Assembly: GCF_963921235.1 (NCBI RefSeq) | Contig: NC_086097.1 | Coordinates: 118,918,001-118,982,000 of the forward strand | Length of the DNA stretch: 64,000 nucleotides | From: Mobula hypostoma | Taxonomy: Eukaryota | Direction: 5' to 3' | Shown here: one piece after another, positions 26,225-37,268 of the stretch | Layout of the letters: every line of letters begins with the position of its first letter | How positions within the stretch are numbered: position 1 is the first letter of the stretch | Notes under the pieces: generated by a model | What the model was told of the DNA's origin: nothing | The model's input: the letters and a program-made list of their open reading frames with translations, nothing else | Databases searched by the model: none | Translations under genes and position numbers: made by a program

Positions 26225-27895
26225 GGCAACTTGATAAAGGGTTGGACCATTCAAGGATAAAGGAGGGAATTTATGCTTAGAGTCAGAGGATGTAAACGAG
26301 GTACTAGACAAGTATTTCGTGTCACTTTTTAACAAGGCTAAAGACTGGTTGGATAGTGAGAGCCATGTGGGGCATGCTAAAATTCTGGGGTATTTTGAGA
26401 TTAATTAAAAGGTAATGCTGACTCTCCTGAAATATTTTAAGGTGGCTATGTCCCCAGGGTTGATGGGATGTATCCTAAGAACTCAAAAGCGGGTTTGACC
26501 AAGATTTTAGTAGCTGAGGTCCTGCAGGACTGGACAGAAGCCAATGTTGTTCCTTTGTTCAGGGAGGGAAATCGGTATAATCCACAAAATTACATGCTGG
26601 TGAGCCTCACACCAGTGTAAGGAAGGTATTGGTGAGGACTCTTAACGACAGGATTTACGTGGATTCTGAATTACTTACATGATTATGGATAGATATCATT
26701 GTTCTGTGCAGGAAAGGTCGTGTCATACAACTTTGATTGAGTTTTTTGAGGTGATTGATGACAGCCATTATCAAATGGCTTACGACATGGATTTCAGTAA
26801 GCGATTTGATAAGGTCCCACATGCCAGACTCATCCAGAAGGTTAAGCTGCATTGGATCCTGCTGAATTGGTAGCTTGGATTCCGAATTGGCCTGCCCACT
26901 GAAGACAGAGAGCAGTGGTGGGTGGAAGAGTGTTATTTTGGCTTAAATTTTGAGACCACTGGTGTTCCACAGGGATCAATGCAAGCCTTCTATTGCTTAT
27001 TATATCTATAGATGACTGGAATGAAAATGTAGCTGGGTGGGTCAGTATGTTTTCAGATTATAGAGAGTGTTAGAAATTGGACAATGAAGAAGGATGTCAA
27101 GTATATAAGTTAATTACAGATATAGGCAGAAGGCACTTAATCAAGTAAGTGTGAAGTGCTCCAATTTGAGAGGTTGAATATAAGGCAAAAGACTATAGGA
27201 CAGGACTAAGGACAGGATTTTTAAATAGCTTAGATGAACAGTGGGATCTTAGGTTCACATAGATGGTTGGGTAAAGAAAGTGTATGGTATTCTAGCCTTC
27301 ATTATTTCATTGAGTATAAGGGTAATAAGTCTTATTAGGTTTCTATTAAAGTTCAATTGGACCTTACCTAGGGTATTGTATGTCATTCTATTGCCCCATT
27401 ACAGAAAGGATATAGGGGTTTTGAAAAGGGTAGAGATCAGGTTTACTAGTACAGAGACTGGCGGGTTTGAGGTATAAGTAAAGATAGGACATGTTTGGCT
27501 TGTTTTCCCTGGAGCAGCAGAGACTGAGGGGAGATCTGATAGAAGTTTATAAAATTAAAAGAAGCAGGAGGACAGCAACAATCTTTTTTCCAGACTTAAA
27601 ATGTTCAATACTAGAGGACAAGCATTTAAGGTGAAGGGGAGAAAGTTTAAAAGAAGCGTGTATGGCAAGTTTCTAAACACTGAGAATGTTGGGTGCCTGG
27701 ACCTGGCTACCAGGGGAAGTGGCAGAATCAGGTACAATAATGGCATTTAAGAATCTTTTGGATAGACTCATGCATATTCAGGGAATGGAACAAATTGCAT
27801 CACGTACATAAAGAAAAGATTTAGTTTAATTTGGCATTGTGTTTGACATAAACACCAAACAGACTAGGATTGTTCCCATGCTATACTGTTCTATA
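26225..27895 (+). mobile_element. Old degenerate CR1 RT fragment
   Basis: Remnant motifs SCHTTLIEFFE, MDFSKRFDKVPH and LPHYRKDI...RVEIRFT. Confidence 0.8.
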
Positions 27896-28196
27896 TTACT
27901 TTCACTATAAGGGGCCAATGACACTAACTGAAACACCTTACTTTGATGCTTCAGTGGAAATTATAAGTCCATGAATCCCTTGACACCAACCAACAAAATC
28001 TCACCAGCTTTATTTCACCAACCTGTCATCCTCTAAGGGTACAAGTGTTTTCATTTTGCTTCACAATTACAACTTCTCTTTTCTGGACCATGTCGATTGA
28101 TTTTTTGTAGAATCTATTTAGAAGTGTCCAGATCCACACTTACTGTTATGAAATCAGGTGCTAACAATTAGCTTAGAGAGTACCATTAAATTGGTG

Positions 28197-28674
28197 TGTT
28201 GTGACTGTTGTGATAGTGAACTTTGAACAAATTCATCAGGGAGACACTGAAGCTGGTGGGTGTAGAAGTCTTTATTCTGCCACACAAGCAGGTATCATAC
28301 TTGAGACACTCTTAGAAGAAAATGCCTCCTGACCCAATATTACATCATTTGTTGTATGTTAAAGAACAAAGGTAACAACAGACCAATTTATATAGTTACA
28401 TAATGCTTCCTTTGAGTTGCACATAATTTCAAATACCTCCAGATATTCACAACAAACATCCAAAAAGAGTGTTATCTGTAGTTGTGTTTATGCATATGCA
28501 GACATCTCAGTTGAATGGCTATTCCTTAGTTTGCAATCAACCCCAGTCTCCAGGAAGGCCATTGCTCTGAGCTGCATTTCAAATTCAATCTACAATACAT
28601 ATTCAGATCTAAAGACTGGTTGCTGTTGAAATTAATATTTTCTAAATTGCATAACTCCAGAATACGCCCTAACA
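28197..28674 (-). mobile_element. Solo LTR-like element with 4-bp TSD GGTG
   Basis: TGTT...AACA ends and GGTG at 28193-28196 and 28675-28678. It shares blocks (tgttgtgactgt, tagaagtctttatt, aatgcttcctttga) with 33973-34492. Confidence 0.7.
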
Positions 28675-29454
28675 GGTGCATTAATTATATTTCCACAAAA
28701 AATGTGAACATAGGAAGCATCAGCTGGAGTAACAGCAACAGTTTGGTTAACATTCTATCAGAACCTGGCTGAACTATTATCTCAGGGCTACTCTCCTGCA
28801 GTAACCTCACATTCTCCTGTTGCCTTAACATTGAAGAATCTTGGGTAGGAAATTCCAAAGATTCACTGGCCTCTGGTTGCAAAGTTTTTCTCTCATATAC
28901 GCCCTGACATTCATCCATTTTACTGAGTGTAGCCACATCTCCCACCCCCAACAGTCTAGAGATCCTAACCAGGGAAATCATTGACTTATGTCAGAGATGT
29001 AAGGGTTAATAGGTTAAATGGTCAAATGGGTCGAGGTGGATGGTGCAGAGGTGTCAGTCACCATGCTGTATCACTAAATAAAAATAAAATAATTAACTGA
29101 TAATGACAAACACACAACAATGGGTAGGCAATCTGCTCCAGAATTCTGGTGAATCCAGAAATTAGCCCTAATCTTTCAAGAGCAGATCATTCATCAAAAT
29201 AATTTGGACAATATTTATATCTGGAAGCATAACTTCTCCACTTATTATAATGTATTTCAACAACATTTTAGCCTGATTCCTCAATGGGCCAGAAATTTAT
29301 CTAACTTATACTTATTTTTTCTTAAACATGCATTATCTATTATAGTAAATGACTCAGCTTTCATAACTTGTTAGATTACAAAATTTTCCTCATATGTAAC
29401 TCTCCAAGTCCTTACCAGTCTCCAAGACTCAGTCAAACTCTGTCTATAAATAAA

Positions 29455-29545
29455 TAGATAGATAGAACCCCAACCACTCTAGAGCACATAGATAGATGGA
29501 TTGACAGATAGATACATGATACATACATGGAAAGATAGATAGATA
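29455..29545. repeat. Degenerate (GATA)n microsatellite
   Basis: Repeated agat/gata units. Confidence 0.7.
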
Positions 29546-29640
29546 CAGCACAGCAGCAATCAGACAGAATATTCAAAAGCACTCAGCACCAAGATTTGCA
29601 TAAAATGAAGTTTTATGCCCAATGAACCCATGTGACATAA

Positions 29641-29724
29641 GCAACACACATCAAAGTTGCTGGTGAACGCAGCAGGCCAAGCGGCATCTCTAGGAAGAGG
29701 TACAGTCAACGTTTCGGGCCAAGA
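29641..29724 (-). mobile_element. 84-bp Penelope terminal fragment with 13-bp TSD
   Basis: Near-identical to ~18201-18284. CCATGTGACATAA is at 29628-29640 and 29725-29737. Confidence 0.9.
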
Positions 29725-30139
29725 CCATGTGACATAATAGTAGTCTTATGTAGTTGATCCCTGTCAGGGATATAAACTCAAGTGTGATGACTTTAAATGC
29801 TCAAATACTGCTGTTCAGTTCACAGTTAGTAAAGCATATCCTGCTTCTATCTTTACCTGCATCAGCTTGATCTGCAATCAGCAATAAATGAGTTTACAGA
29901 CATTACATACAATACAGTTTGAAATTTTGCTGCTTGTAAGAGTTGTCAGTAAGATAGCTAGGTGAACCATAGCAATCTTCTGAAAGTTACGTACAATACT
30001 TTCAAATATACCTCTTTTAAGTTATTCTTATAAAGAATATGACCTGATACAAAGCAGAAAGGAAATAGTGTTCTCTAAGTAGCCCAATGAAGATGGCAGG
30101 TGTTGGATGTGGCAGGTATCTCATTAAGCCCAAGAGGCA

Positions 30140-31620
30140 CAAAAGGACTCAAGTCTTCACTGTGTACATGGAATGTGTGCAAAAGTTCCTGAAAGTGAAC
30201 CAACTCAAATCCCAGCTGAGGACACAGAACAGAGAAACACAGTAAGAGGAAGGTGATATTGATGCAGGTGACATATGAGATTTTGTTGGCTCTATCAGCA
30301 CCATAAACTATACATGAAGACTCATATGAGGGCATAACAATTTTTTTTAAAAAACCTAATGGCACAGAAAACTTCTGAAAGCTTCAACTTTGGCACATGG
30401 AACCAGGACCAGAGGAAATGGTTTTCGAATATATTGTCAGGATAAAATACTGATAAGATCAAGTCATTTTCTATGCTTTCTGGATTTGTCTTGTGGATTA
30501 CTTAGTGCCAAAACTAGCTGAATTTAGTTGAAATTAACACTGAGCATGTAGCATTTGAGAGAGTATGTGGAAGGGCCACTATTGTGGAGATGGTGCTTAA
30601 TATTATGAGGAAGTAACACTCAGAACACAATTCCAAAGTGTAGGCAAGAAATAATCCTGGCGCAATGAGAATGTGGGCATGGTCTTCCTCATGGCCAAGT
30701 GATGTAGAAACAGGAAGCCAGGGTGTCACAAAGGCTGGGAAGGATGCAAGGCATGTGAGTGCAAAAACTTGTTTTTACATGAGTGGCCTGGCTTCAGGTG
30801 GACTTGAGGAGGACCAGATAGTCTTCTGATCTCAGACACCGCCAAAGTAGCATCATAGGATACAGACTGAACAAAATAGCTATGGAAAATGGCAACACAG
30901 CAGGAAGAATAAACAGTGTATCTCTACAAGTAAGGTTGTAAGGATTATGGGCAACAATAGCAAAGAAGATACCTTCAGATACAAAAGGATTACACTGAAG
31001 GCATTCTTTGAAGTCATAGATTTGCAATGCTAACTTGTCATGTGTCAGAGAGTAAGAATAGTGCATATGTCTGTATCTCTCCAGGTTGATATGAAGGATA
31101 CACTGGATCGTGACGGTAGCATTATAATAGGGCAGAAGATGTTGAACATAAGAGGATCTAGGAAGGCCACCATGAGACTGAGGAATAGACTTGCAAAGCA
31201 AACGAATAGGCTGTTCAAAGAATTCAACAAGGCAAGCTCTGTAAGAGGATAGAACGCTTTGAATCCAAGCATAAAGTTCTTTCTGAGTCACAAGAATCAT
31301 CAATTTGACAAAAACTTGCCTGTCTCAGAACAAAGGGTTTACTTGAAAACTACATGGCAGGCAGTGCAGTGAGGCATCAAAATCAGTTTGAACAGCAAGA
31401 GAGAGCCAGCTTTCAGCAGAGAAGCCGTGTCACCACAAGAGCCCATAAATAAGGTGAGAATCAAAAGGCTTGGCATGAATCGCTGTAGCAGGCTGATATT
31501 GAAGGTCGGTGGCCTGAATGAAACTGAGGAATATGAGAATGCATGGCTGATGCGGAAGAACTCCATCTATACAGTGCTTGCTATTTACATAGAACACCCA
31601 TCAAAGAACATAGAACAGCA
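30140..31620 (+). mobile_element. Ancient RTE-like LINE remnant (endonuclease region)
   Basis: Scattered motifs occur in the expected order: CTWNVC, NTQFQ...SWR and LKAFFEVI. There are many stops. Confidence 0.4.
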
Positions 31621-31719
31621 CTGCCGCATGTCCATCAACCACATCTTAGAGATAGAATCAGAATCTAGTTTATTATTACTAACATATGTCATGAAATGTG
31701 TTGTCTATTGCCGGAGGAG

Positions 31720-32145
31720 TACCTGTACTGTGCCAACACTTCTGCATGGGTCAGAATGCTGGCACATGACAGAGACTGACCTTACCAAGATGTCATCATT
31801 CCACACCCTGAGCCTCCAGAATTTTTTATATTTTCTGAATGAAAAGGATCTGCATCCACACCTTACTCCTTCAGTGTCACGGAGAGGACATGGTCACAAT
31901 CAACATGGCGTGGGATTGGTCACGTGATGAGAAGAGAGGCCAACTCTATCATCAAGCCAGCACTTCGTCAGGGCTGAGGAAACATGGGAGACCAAAGGCA
32001 TCTGGGTGCTGTACTGTAGAGGCAGAAATGATGACCCTGAACCACACCTGGGGCAAAATAGAGAAGATGGCCAAGGACAGCAGAGATGCGGGACTTTCAT
32101 TGCTGCCCTAAGCAGCAGCAGAGTAACAGGCAGTAAGTAAGTAAG
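31720..32145 (+). mobile_element. RTE-clade LINE 3' end
   Basis: PTLLHGSECWHMT, KHGRPK...VEAEM and an (AGTA)n tail. Confidence 0.75.
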
Positions 32146-32182
32146 CACAGTGTAACAAATAAATATAGTATAAAATACAGTA

Positions 32183-33045
32183 AGACTTGAATTAACTTTA
32201 TTTCTTACATCCTTCACATATATGAGGAGTAAAAATCTTCATGTTACGTCTCCATCTAATTGTGTAATGTGCAATCGTAGCAATTTGTAATAAATAGTAT
32301 GTACAACAGGATGGTCAATGTAGCATAGAAATACAATTGTATCAGCTTGAATTCATCAGTCTGATGGCCTGGTGGAAAAAGCTGTCCTGGAGCTTGTTGG
32401 TCCTGGCTTTTATGCTGCGGTACCGTTTCCCAGATGGTAGCAGCTGGACCAGTTTGTGGTTGGGGTGACTTGGGTACCCAATGATCTATCAGGCCCTTTT
32501 TATGCACCTGTCTCTGTAAATGTCCTGAATAGTGGGAAGTTCACATTTACAGATGCACTGGGCTGTCCGCACCACTCTCTGCAGAGCCCTGAGGGAAGTA
32601 CAGTTCTCATACCAGGCAGTGATGCAGCTAGTCAGGATGCTCTCAATTGTGCCCCTGTAGAAAGTCCTTAGGATTTGGGGGCCCATACCAAACTTCTTCA
32701 AACATCTGAGGTGAAAAGCCGCTGTTCTGTTTTTTTCACCAAACAGCCGGTATGTACAGACCACGTGAGATCCTCAGTAATGTGTTTGCCAAGGAACTTA
32801 AAGCAGTTCATCCTCTCAACCCCAGATCCATTGATGTCAATAGGGGTTAGCCTGTCTCCATTCCTCCTGTAGTCCATAACCAACTCCTTTGTTTTTGCAA
32901 CATTGAGGGTGAGGTTGTTTCATTCACACCTCTGTGTCAGGGTGATGACTTCTTCTTCCCTGTTGACTGCCTCATTATTATTTGAGATAAGGCCAATGAG
33001 TGTAGTGTTGTCAACAAATTTAATTAGCAGATTGGAGCTGTGGGT
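32183..33045 (-). mobile_element. Rex1/Babar-like LINE 3' fragment
   Basis: FKFLGKHITEDLTWS and FYRGTIESILTSCITAWY. Confidence 0.85.
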
Positions 33046-33972
33046 GTACAGAGAAATGCAGTATATTTATATTATGTATTAAGTATATGTAGTATTTATT
33101 TAAAATAAATAGTACAAAAAGAGAGCAAAAATAGTAAGGCAGTGTTCATCCTTTCAGAAATCAGGTGACTTTGGTGCCAAATTAAACTAATGCTACTTGT
33201 CTGCTCATTTCCCTCCATGCATATACATGTACCTGTCTAAATGCTATTTAAACATCATCATAACGTCTGCTTCCACCACTTCCAATGACATCATCATCCA
33301 GGCACTTTCCAGCCTCTGTATAAAAAAACTTGCCTTGCACATCTGCCTTAAACCTAGGTCCCCCAGTATTTATCATTCCAATGCTAGGAAAAAGACAACA
33401 TTGTATTTGCAGAAAAATGGCTTAGACTGAATGAATAGAATGTGGAGAAATGTGCAAGGGCCTGTGTCATGGTCCATCCCGAGAGTGACAGAGGACACCT
33501 GACCCAGGGGCACATTCAGAGACAGATATCAAATGCTGCTGGAACATCATTTACTTAGTGAACGACGCACTTTGGTCTGCAGTAGTGCACTACCCCAGGG
33601 GGGGGGCATATAAGGGGCAATAGTGCTATTGGTTTAAAGGAAAATAACAAAACATTACTTAAAACATTGACTGTGAATGAGAAGGCATTGCACATTTTAT
33701 TCTTACAATTTTTTTATTATTAGTTTATTTTGATAGAAAGGTGAATATATACAAACAACATCAAAGCAGTTCCAGATCACTGCAGTTGCTGGAAGAATGT
33801 CACAGAAGATAATAAATTACCAATGTCATTCCATTACAGTATATCCCAAATCGAGTGAGACAGATTCAACACTATCGTGACAGAGTTGAAAACTTTGGAG
33901 ATAATTCAGACAGTGTGAGGGGATAACTTTTAGAATTGGCCAGGAAGAGGTGGTTAGTGGAAGCATTCAACG

Positions 33973-34492
33973 TGTTGTGACTGTGATCTATGTTACCGGA
34001 GCGGCACTAAGGTTTGTGATATAGAAGTCTTTATTCATCACAGCATGCAAGCATTCTCTTGGAATTATTCTTGATAGAAGCTCACAAGCCCAAAAATGTA
34101 CATCACATTTTATAGCCTTAAGATCTATCATAACAGCAGGTGAATCAATACAGTTTCGATAGTTACAATCACATTGTTTACTTCAATATTTTCGGTTGAC
34201 AATGCTTCCTTTGAATTGCATCTCTATAGTGGAAAACACCTCTGATTGTTCAAATACCTTGACTGCAACACTTTCCTGAACTTATTTACATTTCCTTAAA
34301 CCCATAGTTGATGTAGGCCAATTAACACAACCCCATTGTCTTAACATTTGACTTATGGATATACAATGTATTTGTCTGTGGGCCAGTTTTAACTTTAATT
34401 TACTGCTTGCAATTTGCAATAAGAACTGCAGAATAGTTCTTGCTTGAATTAGTATCTGCTATGTTCACATAAGACCAGGATACTCTCTAACA
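33973..34492 (-). mobile_element. Solo LTR-like element related to 28197-28674
   Basis: TGTTGTGACTGT...CTAACA ends and shared internal blocks. No clean TSD. Confidence 0.55.
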
Positions 34493-34524
34493 CCGCGTTC
34501 ATAGCTAGTCATGTAATACGCAAA

Positions 34525-35270
34525 GGCAAAGTCAAAACAAATTTATCATGAAAGTCACCATATATCACCATATACTACCCTGAGATTCATTTTCTTGCAG
34601 GCATTTATAGGAAAACAATGAAATACAATGAACTTTATGAAAAAAGCTCCACATAAATAAAGACAAACAAACAACCAATGTGCAAAAGAAGATAAATTGT
34701 GAAAAATCACAAACAAGACAAAATCTGCTGATGTTGGAAATCCGAGCAACACAAACAAAATGCTGGAGGAGCTCAACAGGCCAGGCAGCATCTAGGAAAA
34801 GAGTACAGTTGTTGTTTTAGCCCAAAACGTCAATTGTATTTTTTTCATAGATGCTACCTGGCCTGCTGAGTTCCTCCAGCATTTTGTGTGTGCATTGCTT
34901 AAATTGTGCAAATAGTCAGTAGGTTGTAAACTCAGTTCAGGGTTGAGGTGATTGAGGTTATTCATGCAGTTTCAGGAGCCGTTGGTTGTAAGGTAATAAC
35001 TGTTCCTGAACCTGGTGGTGTGAGAAATTGAGGCTCCTGTACCTCTTACCCAATGGTAGTAACAAGAAAATAGAATAGTCCAAATGGTCATATCTTTGAT
35101 GATGGATTCAGCTTTTTCGTGGCAGTACTCTTTGGAGATGTGCTCATTCATGGACCGAACTTTTCCTTTGATAGACTGAGCTGTATCCAGCACTTTTTGC
35201 AAGCTTTTCTGGGCATTGGTGTTTCCATACCAGGCTGTGATGCAATTCTCATCAAAAGTCTGTGATAATA
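34525..35270 (-). mobile_element. Rex-type LINE 3' fragment containing an inverted Penelope-end pair (34712-34892)
   Basis: ORF 34972..35313 reads CITAWYGN...LQKVLDTAQSI...TTRFRNSY, and an internal foldback segment is present. Confidence 0.75.
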
Positions 35271-35552
35271 CCAGTTGAATGGCTCTAGTTCTAGGTAGAA
35301 GCTGACTTTTCAACTCATGTTCTGTCGTTTAGTCCTCTAAGGGCCTCCAATCTCATTTAATAGACTCCTCGAAAGTTGCAGCTCTGTAAAAAATAGAGTT
35401 TTGAACCACAACAAAAATATAATCCACTGAAGATACTCCAACTATGTATTTATTATTAACTAATTATTAATGGACAGTTTGTGCAAGAAGTTCTAAAAAA
35501 TAAATTGCAGGTAAAGTGAATTATTGGTGTGTGTAGATTCTTATATAAAGTA

Positions 35553-36416
35553 TGTTACGTACCCCGTAACTGGGTTGCCAAACCAGCAGAAATGGATCAC
35601 TCAGTTGGAGTCTGGAGTACTAGAACTAAGAAAGTTTTATTAAAGAAACAAGCAACACAGTAATCGAAAGAATAATAAATGGAACAGTTCAGCGATGCTA
35701 AACACACATGTGCACAGAATTAAGATAACAGCATCAATCAAGCTCTATCGTTGTCTAGGGGTAAATGACCAAATTTCAAAGTGACTCAAAGTTCAGTCCA
35801 GTTTAGTAGTTCAGTTCGCAGTAATCGTTGCCATGGCGATGGACAACGTGGGGGGAGAGAGAGAGAGAACAGGAACAACTGATCATTCAGACACGGCTTC
35901 ACTCACAGACCCACAATATGGCTCACAAGCAGCTTTTGGGAGGGTCTTTAGTGATGTCACCTGAGGTCACCGACTGTGACCCCTCCTCCAGATGCGATCG
36001 ATCCTCTGCAGTGAACCCGGCACCCAGGCAAGGGCGGACACACACCGGGTTCCCGCTGATCGTACCTTTCCACCCTGGCCGTTGTCTGATACTTCCCACC
36101 GACTTGTGAGAAGCGTACCGCTTCCAGGGTCTCGTTACCTCGGGTGGCGTGTGTGTCCTGCCTTAGCGAACCTGTCCCTTTTTATCCCCCTGCTGGGGTA
36201 TCGCCTGTCCACCACTTCAAACAGTTCAGGGTTCAAAGGGGGGAGCCGCTCCAGACAGCTCTCTCTCCCCCGTCCCTTCATTACACATCTCCAGACGCTG
36301 CTCCATTGTTCCTTATCTCTCCTTCCCCTGAGGGCAGGTGGCAGACCACTTGCTGATGTCACTGATGCTAACCCAGGCCAGCAAACATCTTAATTTTTAT
36401 GTGTATTCTCGTCACA
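35553..36416 (-). repeat. 3' LTR of element 1
   Basis: Direct repeat of 39512-40379, adjacent to a polypurine tract (minus strand of 36417-36428). Confidence 0.95.
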
Positions 36417-36589
36417 CTTCCCCCCTTTAAGGATTTTTACCGGGAGGTAAAAATTACAAACATGAATATATTATTTGATACACACACAAATATACATCTT
36501 TATCAGCTATTTGGCTAACACAGCGAGTTTGAAGCTGTCAACACCTTGACAGACAGTCATCACATTTTCTGTTCCTTTTACACGTGTTA

Positions 36590-37258
36590 TTAATAATCCC
36601 TTAGACCAGGCTCCGACTCAGCAAACTTCATAGTGGCCAAAAACACTGATGAATTGCGACCAATGTAACCTCTCATTTGGTTTTGTCCCGGACCACAATA
36701 ACAAGGGTCGTCCCATTTTGACTCAGTTTTCTCTCGCAAGGGCTTAGTAGGAGGGGGACGGGTATTGACCGCAGAGTTATTGCAAAACTTCCTGCAGTAC
36801 CCCATCATCTCCAAGAGCCTTCTGAGGGCCCTCTTGTCTGTCGGGGTTGGGAGGTCAGCGATAGCCTGCACTGTAGCTTGCATCGCTGCCAGCTGCCCCT
36901 GTGTCACCACAATTCCCAGGTAAGTGACCTTCGTGTGGCCGAATTCATTTTTTTCAAGGTTCACTATCAAACTGGCTTCAGACAGCCGTATTAAATTGCC
37001 GATACACACCTCTGTGTTCATCAGCCCTTTAGTCACTGAATTACTCAAAAAATATGGGTGTTGTTTACTAGGCCGCCCTATTGTAACAGACATCACCCAA
37101 CGTCCCAGTTCTTTGCATTGCCTCGGGACAATCAAACACACGGGTGCGAGTCGTTTAATTACTTCTTCTAAAGATTCGCTTTGTTCGGGGATTAAGGGAG
37201 AGACCTTATCAGTAGACCTGGCCAAAACAATAGCCTTCTCCCATCTGATCGATCCCAT
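36590..37258 (-). pseudogene. Internally deleted RT remnant
   Basis: RPSKQHPY and RLSEASLIVNLEKNEFGHTKVTYLG...PTDKRALRRLLEMMGYCRKF. No YxDD motif. Confidence 0.8.
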
Positions 37259-37268
37259 CCTAATCTTT

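Noticed and set aside
31085..31231. Candidate 147-nt plus-strand exon (ctctccag acceptor, GC donor)
   Set aside because: It sits within a region showing ancient RTE-like motifs, and the peptide is not recognisable.
35828..36393. ORFs duplicated at 35828-36393 and 39787-40319 (also 45983-46410 and 49542-49925)
   Set aside because: These are chance frames inside LTRs, and the duplication is just the LTR pair.
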